DNA of 64,000 nt from an uncultured Methylomirabilota bacterium (lineage in GTDB: Bacteria; Methylomirabilota; Methylomirabilia; Methylomirabilales; 2-02-FULL-66-22), in NCBI GenBank assembly GCA_963845565.1, contig CAWJSJ010000005.1, forward strand, positions 96,001 through 160,000, read 5' to 3'. Position numbers and translations under genes: made by a program. Each line of letters starts with the position of its first letter. Within the stretch, counting starts at the first letter, position 1. Shown here piece by piece: positions 35,383 to 45,227 of the stretch. The notes below the pieces were generated by a model. It made no database searches, was not told where the DNA came from, and was given only the letters and a program-made list of their open reading frames with translations.

Positions 35383-36822
35383 ATGGTTTCCAAGCCGAGT
35401 GCGAGTTACAGCATCACCATGCGCGTCGAGATCCAGAACCGCCCCGGCATGCTGGGACGGGTGGCGTCCGCCATCGGCAAGGCGGGCGGCGACATCGGCG
35501 CGGTGGACATCGCCGGGTTTGGGGCGGGCAGCATCATCCGGGACTTCACCGTGAACGCCCGGGACGAGGCCCACGAGCAGGTGATCGCCCACGCGGTCGG
35601 GAAAGTGCCGGGCGTCCGCGTGGTCAGCGTCTCGGATCGAACGTTTCTGGCCCATCTCGGCGGGAAGATCGAGGTCCGGGCCAAGGCCCCCATCAAGAAC
35701 CGCAGCGACCTCTCGATCGTCTACACGCCGGGCGTGGCGCGGGTCTGCATGGCGATCCACGGCGACCCAACGGCGGCGCATCGGCTGACGATCAAGAAGA
35801 ACACGGTGGCGGTGGTGACGGACGGCTCTGCCGTGCTGGGGTTGGGGAACATCGGCCCCCGGGCCGCCCTGCCCGTCATGGAGGGTAAGGCGGCGATCTT
35901 CAAGGAGTTCGCCGGCGTGGACGCCTTTCCGATCTGCTTGGATACACAGGATCCGGACGAGATCGTCCGCACGGTGCAGGTGATCGCGCCGGCGTTCGGG
36001 GGGATCAATCTGGAAGACATCTCGGCCCCGCGCTGCTTCGACATCGAGGAGCGCCTGCAACGAGATCTGGACATCCCGGTCTTTCACGACGACCAGCACG
36101 GCACAGCGGTGGTGGTGCTGGCCGCGCTCCTCAACGCGCTCCGGATCGTGAAAAAGAACCTGAAAGAGCTAAAAATCGTGGTCAGCGGCATCGGGGCGGC
36201 CGGTGTGGCCTGTACCAAGCTCTTGATGGCTATGGGGGCCAAACAGATCATCGGCGTTGACACGTCGGGCGCCCTGTACCGCGGCCGCAGCGAAAACATG
36301 AACCCCGTCAAGACCTGGTACGCGCAGGCGACCAACCCGCGCAACCTGAAAGGCGGCATCCTGGACGTCATCGGCGGGGCGAACCTGTTCATCGGCCTGT
36401 CGGGTCCGGGCACGTTGCCGGTCAAGGGACTCAAGCGGATGGCCAGGGACGCCATCGTGTTCGCCATGGCCAATCCTGTCCCCGAGATCATGCCGGAGGA
36501 GGCCGCACGCCATGTCCGGGTCATGGCCACGGGCCGGTCGGATTACCCGAACCAGATCAATAACTCCTCCTGCTTTCCGGGCTTTTTCCGCGGCCTGCTG
36601 GATTCGCGGGCCTCGCACGTAAACGACGCCATGAAGATCGCGGCGGCGAAGGCCATCGCCGGCCTGGTGAACCCCCGCGAGTTGAACGAGGAGTACATCA
36701 CGCCGAGCATGTTCGATGCCCGCGTCGCGCCGGCGGTGGCCGCGGCGGTGGCGGAGGCGGCGTACAAGACCGGCGCCGCCCGCCGGGCGCGAAAACCGGT
36801 CGGGGGATTCCGACCGGTGTGA
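35383..36822 (+). CDS. Malic enzyme with N-terminal ACT domain
   Basis: NRPGMLG (ACT); YTPGVA, TDGSAVLGLGNIG, PVMEGKA, INLEDISAPRCF, FHDDQHGTA, ATGRSDYPNQINN. Confidence 0.94.
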   Translation: MVSKPSASYSITMRVEIQNRPGMLGRVASAIGKAGGDIGAVDIAGFGAGSIIRDFTVNARDEAHEQVIAHAVGKVPGVRVVSVSDRTFLAHLGGKIEVRAKAPIKNRSDLSIVYTPGVARVCMAIHGDPTAAHRLTIKKNTVAVVTDGSAVLGLGNIGPRAALPVMEGKAAIFKEFAGVDAFPICLDTQDPDEIVRTVQVIAPAFGGINLEDISAPRCFDIEERLQRDLDIPVFHDDQHGTAVVVLAALLNALRIVKKNLKELKIVVSGIGAAGVACTKLLMAMGAKQIIGVDTSGALYRGRSENMNPVKTWYAQATNPRNLKGGILDVIGGANLFIGLSGPGTLPVKGLKRMARDAIVFAMANPVPEIMPEEAARHVRVMATGRSDYPNQINNSSCFPGFFRGLLDSRASHVNDAMKIAAAKAIAGLVNPRELNEEYITPSMFDARVAPAVAAAVAEAAYKTGAARRARKPVGGFRPV

Positions 36823-36869
36823 CCGAAGAATGCAGGGCCTCTGACACCCCCAGACGAAGGAGAAACGCG

Positions 36870-37250
36870 ATGAGCTGGTTGTACGATCACGCCCATTTCA
36901 AGTGCAGCGACTATGACAAGACCGTGGCCTTCTTCAAGGAGAACTTCGAGGCGAAAGAGGTCGCCCGCTTCGAGGTGAACGGCATGCCCATCGTGACCCT
37001 CGACATCGGCGGCCTCTGGTACAACTTTTCCCCCAAGCGCGCCGGAGAGACGCTGAACGAGGGGCCGGGCGTCCGCTACGGAATCTACCACATGGGTCTC
37101 AAGACCAAGAACCTGGACGCCGAGGCGGCCAAGATGAAGGCGCGCGGCGTCAAGTTCACCCAGGACGTCAAGCCGCTCAACCCGACCGGCAAGTTCGCCT
37201 TCATCGAGGGGCCGGACGGCATCTCGATCGAGTTGCTCCAGCGGGATTAG
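36870..37250 (+). CDS. VOC/glyoxalase family protein
   Basis: DHAHFKC...YHMGL...FAFIEGPDGISIELLQ; AAGGAG RBS. Confidence 0.88.
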   Translation: MSWLYDHAHFKCSDYDKTVAFFKENFEAKEVARFEVNGMPIVTLDIGGLWYNFSPKRAGETLNEGPGVRYGIYHMGLKTKNLDAEAAKMKARGVKFTQDVKPLNPTGKFAFIEGPDGISIELLQRD

Positions 37251-37326
37251 GGGGAGACGTTACCAGGCAATCCGGACTGCCGGGAGGATGTGTCCCCGTG
37301 GTAACGATCGCAGCGGGTGCGGACCG

Positions 37327-38017
37327 ATGACAGAGGCACGCAAGGGTCAGAAAGCGACCGGCGGGCGCGGGAAAACGCCCGCCGGTCGCCCACAGGGCCG
37401 GCTGCACGAGATCCTGGAGATCCTCGGCCGAACGTATCCGGATGCCTGCTGCGAGCTCCGCTTCACCACGCCGCTGGAGCTTCTGGTCGCGACGATCCTG
37501 TCGGCCCAGTGCACCGATGTGCGCGTGAATCAGGTCACGGCGACCCTCTTTAAGAAATACCGTTCCGCCGCGGACTACGCCGCTGCGGATCCGGCGACTT
37601 TCGAGCAGGAGATCCGGAGTACGGGTTTCTTCCGGAACAAGGCCAAGAACATTCTGGCGTGCGCCCGGGCGCTGGTCCGGGATTTCGGCGGGGTTGTGCC
37701 CCGCACGATGGACGAACTGGTCACGCTGCCGGGCGTCGGGCGGAAGACCGCCAACATTGTTTTGTACAATGCGTATGGAGTCCCGGGGTTCGGGGTGGAT
37801 ACCCACGTCGTCCGGGTGACCAATCGCCTCGGACTGGTGGACACCGAGGATCCGGAGAAGATCGAGGCCGCGATTTGTTCGTCTCGTGCCCGACGCGTCG
37901 TGGGGTCAAGCGACGCACCGATTCATTTTTCACGGACGCCGGACCTGCCACGCCAAGCAGCCGGCCTGTCCGGGCTGCGCCCTCGGCGCCCTCTGCTCCT
38001 GGCCGGGCAAGGCCTGA
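37327..38017 (+). CDS. nth: Endonuclease III; single extra base near 37882
   Basis: ELLVATILSAQCTDVRVN, GFFRNKAK, LPGVGRKTAN, VDTHV; after the shift, HGRRTCHAKQPACPGCALGALC (4Fe-4S motif), stop at 38017. Confidence 0.9.
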
Positions 38018-38113
38018 AACCGACTCGATTACGATGAACGGTCGAACCCGTGACTCACATGGCCGCTATCCCGTCGACGCGCCGGGATTCGGACTGACAG
38101 CCAACTCGACGCC

Positions 38114-38323
38114 ATGAAACGGACGTACCGAAAGCTGGTCTTCAAGGATGACGCGCTGCTGGTCGGTCCCGGCGTGAACGCCGAGGCGGGCATCCTGCAC
38201 AATATCATCCGCACCCGCCATGCCTTTACCGTGCGCCCCGATCAGCTCGTCGCGGGGGTGATCACCTGGGGCCGCATCCTCCGCGACAACCGGTTGGCGG
38301 GCACGGTCGGCCACCCACAATGA
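38114..38323 (+). CDS. Small hypothetical protein or gene remnant
   Basis: 69-aa ORF with GC-rich third codon positions typical of coding DNA; no recognised motif. Confidence 0.35.
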   Translation: MKRTYRKLVFKDDALLVGPGVNAEAGILHNIIRTRHAFTVRPDQLVAGVITWGRILRDNRLAGTVGHPQ

Positions 38324-38426
38324 GCAACCGACACCCCAGAGATGACACCCCGTCCATGCCACTTCCGATCGCGCGGTTGTCCATGAGCCGTGCTCCGTCT
38401 GGCCTCGTCCGGCCAAGCGATCCGCG

Positions 38427-38690
38427 ATGACTATCCAGGTGGCGTTGTACGCGGGCCTCACCCGTTACCTTCCCCGCGGGGCACAGAATCGGACGGCGAC
38501 CCTCGACGTGCCGGATGGTGCCACGGTGTTGGATGCGATGCGGCAACTCGGCATGCCGGATGATGTTCCCTGCGTCCCCGTGGTGGACGGAAAGCGTGCA
38601 ACTGCGGAGACCGTCCTCCGGGATGGGGAGACCCTCTCCCTGTTTCCTCCGCTGACCGGAGGCGCGGCTGCGCCTGATCGGGCCGTCTAG
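38427..38690 (+). CDS. MoaD/ThiS ubiquitin-like protein with a C-terminal extension after GG
   Basis: VALYAGL...DGATVLDA...LRDGETLSLFPPLTGG-AAAPDRAV. Confidence 0.85.
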   Translation: MTIQVALYAGLTRYLPRGAQNRTATLDVPDGATVLDAMRQLGMPDDVPCVPVVDGKRATAETVLRDGETLSLFPPLTGGAAAPDRAV

Positions 38691-38741
38691 ACACTGCCCC
38701 ATGCCCAGGTTCCGGATTGGCCGGGCGAAGGAGCGATTCCC

Positions 38742-40049
38742 ATGCGCTTGGGTGTCATCGCCGACGATCTGACGGGTGCCAACGACACCGGCGTCCAGTT
38801 CGCCCGCCGGGGCGCCCGCACCCTGGTGCCCCTGGACTGGCACAACCTGGGATCGCTGGCGCGCTCGGCCGACGTCTTGGTGCTCAATACCAACAGCCGG
38901 GCCGTGCCGGCCCGCGTTGCGGCACAGCGGGCCCGCGTGGCGGCGGAGGCTCTCCGGCGCGCAGGCGTCGAGGCGGTGTACAAGAAGATCGATTCGACGT
39001 TCCGGGGCAATGTCGGTCAGGAGTTGGACGCGATCCTGGACGTGTTTCCCGGACCCCTGACCGTCCTGACGCCGGCGTTTCCACCGGCAGGCCGGGCTGT
39101 GCGCGACGGCGTGCTCCTGGTGCGTGGCGTACCGGTGCACCGGACAGCGATCGGGCGAGATCCCGTGACGCCTCTCCGAGAATCACACTTGCCGACCGTC
39201 CTCGGTCGGCAGTCCAAGCGGCCGGTGTACCCGCTCTGTCTCGCATCGCTCCGCGGCGGCTCGCCGAGTTTGGCTCGGACCATCCGGGAGTGGCGAGCGG
39301 CATCGCCCGGGATCGTCTTGGCGGACGCCGTGACACCCCAGGATCTCGACCGTGTCGCCCGGCTGATCGCACGGGAGAAGCTCTTCGGGGTGGCGGCGGG
39401 GTCAGCCGGGCTCGCGACGGCGCTCTGCAGCGTGCTGTCGTGGCCGCGACGGCCGCGGCGCAGCAAGCCAAGCGGGAAGGGGCCGGCCCTGCTGATCGTC
39501 GGTTCGCCCAACCCTACCAGTGTCGAGCAAGTGGCCTGGATCGAGGCGCACGGCCGAGCGACAATCGTGCCCGCTGCCCTTGACGAGGTGGTCGCCGACG
39601 GCGATCGGTACCGGCGCGAGCTGGACCGGTTGGTGAAGCGGGCTCGGGCCGAGCTCCTTGCCGGCCACGATACCGTCGTGACCCTGGCGCAACGGCCGGC
39701 CTCGCCGTCGGGGCGGCAGCGAGCCTTGCGACCGTCTGCCAGCAAGACGCTCAGCGAATTTCTCGGCCAAGCGACGCGCCTGGTGGTCCGGGACGTCCGA
39801 CCGAGTGGCCTGCTGCTCTGCGGCGGGGACATCGCCGTCGCCGCATGCTCGGCCCTGGGCGCGAGCGCTATCGAGTTGCAGGGCGAGGTGGAGGCCGGGG
39901 TACCCTGGGGCCGTCTGATCGGGGGGGACTGTGCGGGCATCCCGGCCGTGACCAAGGCCGGAGGATTCGGCACGCCGGAGACGTTCGGCCGCGCGATCCG
40001 TTTTCTGCGGCCCGCCCCGCCCCGCGCGCGCCGGCGCGCAGGCTGCTGA
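38742..40049 (+). CDS. Four-carbon acid sugar kinase (DUF1537; DtnK/OtnK family)
   Basis: IADDLTGANDTG, YKKIDSTFRGN, PAFPPAGR, GSAGLA, CGGDIA, TKAGGFG. Confidence 0.92.
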   Translation: MRLGVIADDLTGANDTGVQFARRGARTLVPLDWHNLGSLARSADVLVLNTNSRAVPARVAAQRARVAAEALRRAGVEAVYKKIDSTFRGNVGQELDAILDVFPGPLTVLTPAFPPAGRAVRDGVLLVRGVPVHRTAIGRDPVTPLRESHLPTVLGRQSKRPVYPLCLASLRGGSPSLARTIREWRAASPGIVLADAVTPQDLDRVARLIAREKLFGVAAGSAGLATALCSVLSWPRRPRRSKPSGKGPALLIVGSPNPTSVEQVAWIEAHGRATIVPAALDEVVADGDRYRRELDRLVKRARAELLAGHDTVVTLAQRPASPSGRQRALRPSASKTLSEFLGQATRLVVRDVRPSGLLLCGGDIAVAACSALGASAIELQGEVEAGVPWGRLIGGDCAGIPAVTKAGGFGTPETFGRAIRFLRPAPPRARRRAGC

Positions 40050-40186
40050 AAAAGGCCCATCTGCTGCGTTGGCTCGCTTAGGCGCTCGTTGCGGCGTACC
40101 TGGAGTACGCTTCACTCGGCCTCGGGCACCCGTCCGGGATGGATGGGTCGCGCCGCCTTGCATCTGGACCTTTTTTGCGCAGCCTG
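40039..40186 (+). mobile_element. MITE-like repeat family B, copy 2 (supplies the kinase stop codon)
   Basis: CAGGCTGCTGAAAAAGGCCCATCTGC...GCCTTGCATCTGGACCTTTTTTGCGCAGCCTG. Confidence 0.88.
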
Positions 40187-40286
40187 AGCGAAAGCGGGTT
40201 ATCCATCAATCTGTTAGAAGGGGGCGACCTGCGGAGTACCTCCGACGAATTGCCGGAGCGTTCGACCGTCGGTCATGGAGGTTCCG

Positions 40287-41315
40287 ATGAAGGCTGCCGT
40301 GCTGGTGGACACGGGCACGATCGAGATCCGGGAGGTTGCCACGCCGCCGCTCGGCCCGGATGATGTCCTGATCAGGAACGCCTATGCGGGTGTGTGCGGG
40401 TCCGATCTGCACGCCTTTCGGGGGAAACACCCCTTCCGGAAGCCACCCGTCATCCTGGGGCACGAGTTTGCCGGTACGGTGGCAGCGTGTGGTAGTGCGG
40501 TCACGGAATGCCGCCCCGGCGACCGGGTCACGGTGATGCCCCTCGTGCCGTGCCAAACGTGCCGGTTGTGCCGGATGGGGAGGCAAAACATCTGTCTCCA
40601 CAAGAGCGTGCCGGGCGTCGGGGCGTGGCCCGGGTCCTTCGCCGAATATGGGATCGCCAAGGCGTCGGTCACGTATCGACTGGGTCCTGCGACTCCGCTG
40701 CAGGTGGGGGTGCTGGCCGAGCCGCTTGCCGTCGGAATTCACGGGGTTTTCCGGCAGGCACGCGTTCGGCCTGACGACCGGGTGCTCATTCTCGGGGCGG
40801 GTCCGATCGGCATCCTGACCGCCATGGCGGCGCGCGCCGCCGGCGCCGCCGAAGTCGCGGTGACCGATATTCTGGACTTCAACCTGGCGGTCGCGCGGGA
40901 GCTGTGCGGTGCGATCACGTACAATTCGGGGACGGCAGCCTGGGAAGACGCTGTGGCCGTCGCCTTTCCGGACGGCTTCGACGTGGCGATTCTGTGCAGC
41001 GGTGCGCCGATCACGGTGCGACAGGCCATCGGGCGCACGCGGCGCGGCGGCCGCATCATCGTCACCGGCATGTTCCTCGATCCGGTGGAGCTGGACCTGA
41101 CGGCGGTGAACTTGAACGAGCTGGAGCTGGTCGGTTCGGTGGTCTACGACCACCAGGACTTCCGGCAAGCGGTGGAGTGGATCGACGCGGGCCGGTTCGA
41201 CTTCCAGAAGTTGGTGACGCATATCCTCCCTCTCGACATGGCGCAGGACGCCCTGGCGCTCCTGAGCGACCGGAACGAAGATGCTGTGAAAGTGTTGCTG
41301 GAGATCGCGCGTTGA
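40287..41315 (+). CDS. Zinc-dependent (MDR) sugar/polyol dehydrogenase
   Basis: GVCGSDLH, LGHEFAG, CQTCRLCRMGRQNIC, EPLAV, GAGPIG. Confidence 0.93.
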   Translation: MKAAVLVDTGTIEIREVATPPLGPDDVLIRNAYAGVCGSDLHAFRGKHPFRKPPVILGHEFAGTVAACGSAVTECRPGDRVTVMPLVPCQTCRLCRMGRQNICLHKSVPGVGAWPGSFAEYGIAKASVTYRLGPATPLQVGVLAEPLAVGIHGVFRQARVRPDDRVLILGAGPIGILTAMAARAAGAAEVAVTDILDFNLAVARELCGAITYNSGTAAWEDAVAVAFPDGFDVAILCSGAPITVRQAIGRTRRGGRIIVTGMFLDPVELDLTAVNLNELELVGSVVYDHQDFRQAVEWIDAGRFDFQKLVTHILPLDMAQDALALLSDRNEDAVKVLLEIAR

Positions 41316-41355
41316 GCGCAACGGGGGAAGCCGGCGAACCGAAGGAGATGCGCGG

Positions 41356-43356
41356 ATGACCAAGAGTGCAGCGGATGCGCGGGACGCGACGACGGCACTT
41401 CCGTTCTGGGATCTCCTGCGCGGCATGCGGCGGGTGCGCGCCTTCGAGGAGCGGGTGGGCGAGCTCTTCTCGCGGGCGGCGCTGCCGCGCCATTCCCATC
41501 TATACATCGGCGAGGAGGCGGTGGCCGTGGGCGTCTGCGCCGCGCTCACGGTCGATGACTATGTGACCAGCACACACCGGGGGCACGGTCACCTGATCGC
41601 CAAGGGCGCGGGCATGGAGCGGGCCTTCGCCGAGATCGCGGGCAGGGCGACGGGCTTCTGCAGGGGGAAGGGCGGCACCATGCACGTGGCCGACCTGAGC
41701 CTCGGATTCCTGGGGGCGATCAGCATCGTGGCGGGCGGGATGCCCATCGCCGTGGGCAGCGGCCTCTCGGCACAAATGCGTGGTACCGATCAGGTCACGG
41801 CCTGCTTCTTCGGGGACGGAGCCGCCAACCATGGAAACTTCGGGGAGGCGCTGAATGTCGCAGCGATCTGGAAGCTTCCCGTCATCTTCGTCTGCGAGAA
41901 CAATCAGTGGAACGAGTACACGCCGACGGGGAAAGTGACGGCGGGGCCCTCCATCGCCGCCCGGGCCGACGGCTACGGCATGCCCGGCCTGGTCGTGGAC
42001 GGGAACGACGCGGCGGCCGTCTACGCGGCGGTCCGCGACGCGGCCCGGCGGGCGCGAGCCGGTGAGGGGCCGACGCTCCTCGAATGCGTGACGTACCGGG
42101 CGCGCGGGCACAGCACGAGCGACCCGGCGCGGTACCGCTCGCCCGAGGAGGTGGCCGCCTGGCTGGCGAAAGATCCCATCCTGCAGCTGGAGCAGCGGCT
42201 GACGGCGGACGGCCTGGCCACGACCAAGGAGTTGGCGGCGGAGAAGGCGGCGATCGAGCGGGAGGCGGACGCCGCGCTGGACGCCGCGCTCAAGAGCCCA
42301 TCGCCGCCTCCCGAGGCGCTGACGGAGGACATCTACGCGCCCGCTGTCATCGTGCGGCCGTCGCCCGCCCCGGACCCGGCCGTGGAGCGCTCCTACCGCG
42401 AGGCGATCAACGACGCGCTCCGTGAGGAGCTCGCGCAGGATTCGCGCGTGATCCTGTTCGGCGAGGACATCGGCCGGGCCGGCGGGGCGTTCAAGGTGAC
42501 CGAGGGGTTGCAGGCCGCGTTCGGGGAGGGCCGCGTCCGTGACACGCCGATCGCCGAGAATACGCTGGTGGGGATGGCGCTGGGGGCCGCGCTCACCGGG
42601 CTCCGCCCGGTGTGCGAGATCATGTTCGTGGACCTGATGGCCCTCACCATGGATCAGGTGGTCAACTTTGGCGCCAAGATCCGCTACATGACCGGCGGGC
42701 AGGCGACGGTGCCGGCCGTGGTGCGGGCCCCCGGAGGAATCACGGGCGCCTCCGCCGCCACCCACTCGCAGAGCCTGGAGGCGTGGTTCTATCACATCCC
42801 CGGACTCAAAGTGGTGATGCCCTCCACCCCGGCGGATGCCAAGGGATTGCTCAAGAGTGCCATCCGGGATGACAACTTGGTGATCTTCCTGGAGGTGAAG
42901 TCCCTCTACAACACGCGCGGACCGGTGCCGACGGGCGAGCATCTCATCCCGCTGGGGAGCGCCGAAGTCAAGCGGCCGGGCCGCGACGTCACGGTGATCG
43001 CGACGGGCGCCATGGTGCCGCTGGCCTTGGAGGCAGGCTCGCGGCTGGCGGCGGACGGGATCGAGATCGAGGTCATCGATCCGCGCTCGCTGGTTCCCCT
43101 CGATATGGAGACGATCCTGGCCTCGGTGCGAAAGACCAACCGCGCGATCACGTTCGAGGAGGCGGTCCTGCGGGGGAGCGTGGGCGCGGACATCGCCGCC
43201 ACCATCATGAGCGAAGCCTTCGACGACCTGGACGGCCCGGTGGTCCGCGTCGGGGCGCCGCCGGTGCCCGTGCCGTTCTCCCCCGCGCTGGAAGGGTTGA
43301 TCCGGCCGACCGCCGACCGTTTGGTCACCGCCGTGCGGTCCGTCATGGGGAAGTAG
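41356..43356 (+). CDS. Fused E1 alpha/beta subunit of a 2-oxoacid/acetoin dehydrogenase
   Basis: HLYIGEEA, STHRGHGH, GKGGTMH, FFGDGA...ENN (TPP motif), GHSTSD; then GEDIG, DTPIAE, EIMFVD, THSQSLEAW. Confidence 0.93.
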   Translation: MTKSAADARDATTALPFWDLLRGMRRVRAFEERVGELFSRAALPRHSHLYIGEEAVAVGVCAALTVDDYVTSTHRGHGHLIAKGAGMERAFAEIAGRATGFCRGKGGTMHVADLSLGFLGAISIVAGGMPIAVGSGLSAQMRGTDQVTACFFGDGAANHGNFGEALNVAAIWKLPVIFVCENNQWNEYTPTGKVTAGPSIAARADGYGMPGLVVDGNDAAAVYAAVRDAARRARAGEGPTLLECVTYRARGHSTSDPARYRSPEEVAAWLAKDPILQLEQRLTADGLATTKELAAEKAAIEREADAALDAALKSPSPPPEALTEDIYAPAVIVRPSPAPDPAVERSYREAINDALREELAQDSRVILFGEDIGRAGGAFKVTEGLQAAFGEGRVRDTPIAENTLVGMALGAALTGLRPVCEIMFVDLMALTMDQVVNFGAKIRYMTGGQATVPAVVRAPGGITGASAATHSQSLEAWFYHIPGLKVVMPSTPADAKGLLKSAIRDDNLVIFLEVKSLYNTRGPVPTGEHLIPLGSAEVKRPGRDVTVIATGAMVPLALEAGSRLAADGIEIEVIDPRSLVPLDMETILASVRKTNRAITFEEAVLRGSVGADIAATIMSEAFDDLDGPVVRVGAPPVPVPFSPALEGLIRPTADRLVTAVRSVMGK

Positions 43357-43435
43357 TCAGCCTCCGGCGACTCTCGATCGGCGGCAACGCTGCCCCGTCG
43401 ATTCCCTTCCCGACCGACCAATCCGTTTTTTCCTC

Positions 43436-43490
43436 TTGACGTCGAGTCGTGATTGTTGGATGTTGAATTCAAAGCACAGTATTCAAATAC
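43436..43490 (+). promoter_or_regulatory. AT-rich promoter/operator of the racemase-transketolase-TRAP operon
   Basis: TTGACG -35 box; TGTTGGA TGTTGAA direct repeat, TTGAATTCAA palindrome and TATTCAAA. Confidence 0.55.
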
Positions 43491-43570
43491 AGTCGCCATC
43501 CGTCCTGCGGCGACGTTGACCATCAAGCCCCCCCGTCCGCAACCGACCGAAGCAACGAGAGGAGTGATCC

Positions 43571-44236
43571 ATGCGAACCGTCGCCGCCGTGTTCACCGCC
43601 CAGTCCATCGTGGAGTCCGTCAAGCAGATGTTCACGGAGTTGGTGCCGGATTGTCGGGTGGTGAGCATCATCGAGGACGCGCTGATCCAGGACGTCATCC
43701 GGGCGGGGCAGGTGACACCGGAGATCGCGCGGCGGTTGGTCCGGTATTACCTGGCCGCGCAGGACACCGGGGCCGACCTCATCTTCAACACCTGCTCCTC
43801 GATCGGGGACGTGGCCATCATGGCGCGGAGCCTGGTCGCGATCCCCATCGTGAAGATCGACGACGCCATGGCGGCGGAAGCCGTCCGCACCGGGAGTCGG
43901 ATCGGTGTTCTGGCCACGCTCCCGACGACGCTGGCGCCGACTGTCCGGCTGGTCAAGGCCCAGGCCGAGAAGGCGGGTCGGACCGTTTCGATTGTCGAGG
44001 GACTGGCCAAGGGGGCCTACGAGGCGCTGGTCGCCAAGCAGCCGGAAAAGCACGACGAGATGGTGACGGCTGCGGCGGAACAAGTGGCCAGGCAGGCGGA
44101 CGTCATCGTCCTGGCGCAAGGCTCCATGGCCCGCATGGAAGAGGCTCTCGCCAAGAGGACGGGGAAGCCGGTCCTGTCCAGTCCGCGGCGGGGCGTGGTG
44201 GAGGTCAAGGAGACCCTGGAAAGGATGGGACGGTGA
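43571..44236 (+). CDS. Asp/Glu/hydantoin racemase superfamily protein with a single catalytic Cys
   Basis: NTCSSIG, PIVKIDDAM, IGVLATLPTT, DVIVLAQGSM. Confidence 0.82.
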   Translation: MRTVAAVFTAQSIVESVKQMFTELVPDCRVVSIIEDALIQDVIRAGQVTPEIARRLVRYYLAAQDTGADLIFNTCSSIGDVAIMARSLVAIPIVKIDDAMAAEAVRTGSRIGVLATLPTTLAPTVRLVKAQAEKAGRTVSIVEGLAKGAYEALVAKQPEKHDEMVTAAAEQVARQADVIVLAQGSMARMEEALAKRTGKPVLSSPRRGVVEVKETLERMGR

Positions 44237-45058
44237 TGGTGACGGAACAGGACATCCGAGCGGTCGGTGAGGCGGCCCGGCAGATCCGCCGCGACGTCGT
44301 GCGCATGATCCATCTGGCCGGGGACGGCCATCCCGGCCCGGCGCTGTCGGTGGCGGACATCGTGGCGGCGCTGTATTTCAAAGTGCTGCGGGTGAATCCT
44401 GCCGATGCCCCTCTGGGAGGGGCGCGACCGCTTCATCCTCTCCAAGGGCCACGCCTGCCCGACCCTCTACGCCGCGCTGGCCCGGCGCGGGTTCTTCTCG
44501 CCCGATGTCCTGCCCTCGCTCCGCAGCCTCGGATCGATTCTCCAGGGGCATCCGGTCATGCAGAAGACGCCGGGGGTCGACAGCACGTCGGGCTCCCTGG
44601 GGAACGGGGTTTCGATCGGCCTGGGGATGACCCTGGCGGCCCGCGTGAACCGGCAGGACTACTTCACCTACGTGATCGTCGGCGACGGGGAGATCCAGGA
44701 AGGCATCATCTGGGAGGCAGCCATGGCCGCCGTGCACTACAAGGCGGGGCGCCTCATCGTCTTCGTGGACCAGAACGGCCAGCAGAGCGGCGGTCCCGTG
44801 CGCGAGGTGAGCGGCCTCTGTCCCGTCCTGCCGAAATGGGAAGCCTTCGGATGGCACTGCCAGGAGATCGACGGGCACGATCTGCGGGCGATCCTGACCG
44901 CCATCGAGCGGGCGCAGGCCGAGACGGACCGCCCGTCCTGCATCGTGGCCCGGACGGTGAAAGGGAAGGGGATTCCCTTCATGGAGGCGGACAATTCCTG
45001 GCACAAGCGGGTGCCCACCAAGGACGAGCTGGAGGCGGCACTCGCCGTCCTGGCGTGA
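44236..45058 (+). CDS. Split transketolase, N-terminal (TPP-binding) subunit; single extra base near 44407
   Basis: GDGHPGPALS in one frame; RDRFILSKGHA, LQGHP, GSLGNG, GDGEIQEG, TVKGKG in the next frame. Confidence 0.9.
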
Positions 45059-45185
45059 CAGGCTGCTGAAAACGGCCCATCTGCGTCGTTGGCGCGCTCG
45101 GGCACTCGTTGCGGCGTACCTGGAAGTACGCCTCACTCGGCCCTTTGCGCTGCCGCCTAGCATCTGGACCTTTTTGAGCAGCCTG
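45059..45185 (+). mobile_element. MITE-like repeat family B, copy 3
   Basis: CAGGCTGCTGAAAACGGCCCATCTGC...CATCTGGACCTTTTTGAGCAGCCTG, directly after a TGA stop; additional TIR-like end at about 45198-45213. Confidence 0.88.
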
Positions 45186-45227
45186 GGCAAGAGAACTGTT
45201 TCTCAGCAACCTGCTAAGGGAGGGGTA

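Noticed and set aside
35383..36822. ACT-domain malic enzyme, and the MFS/spermidine-synthase fusion at 20828-22408, as novel architectures
   Set aside because: Both are established, widespread domain architectures.
37870..44420. nth and transketolase N-subunit as true pseudogenes
   Set aside because: Each has a single extra base with otherwise intact motifs on both sides, which is more consistent with consensus error; reads are needed to confirm.
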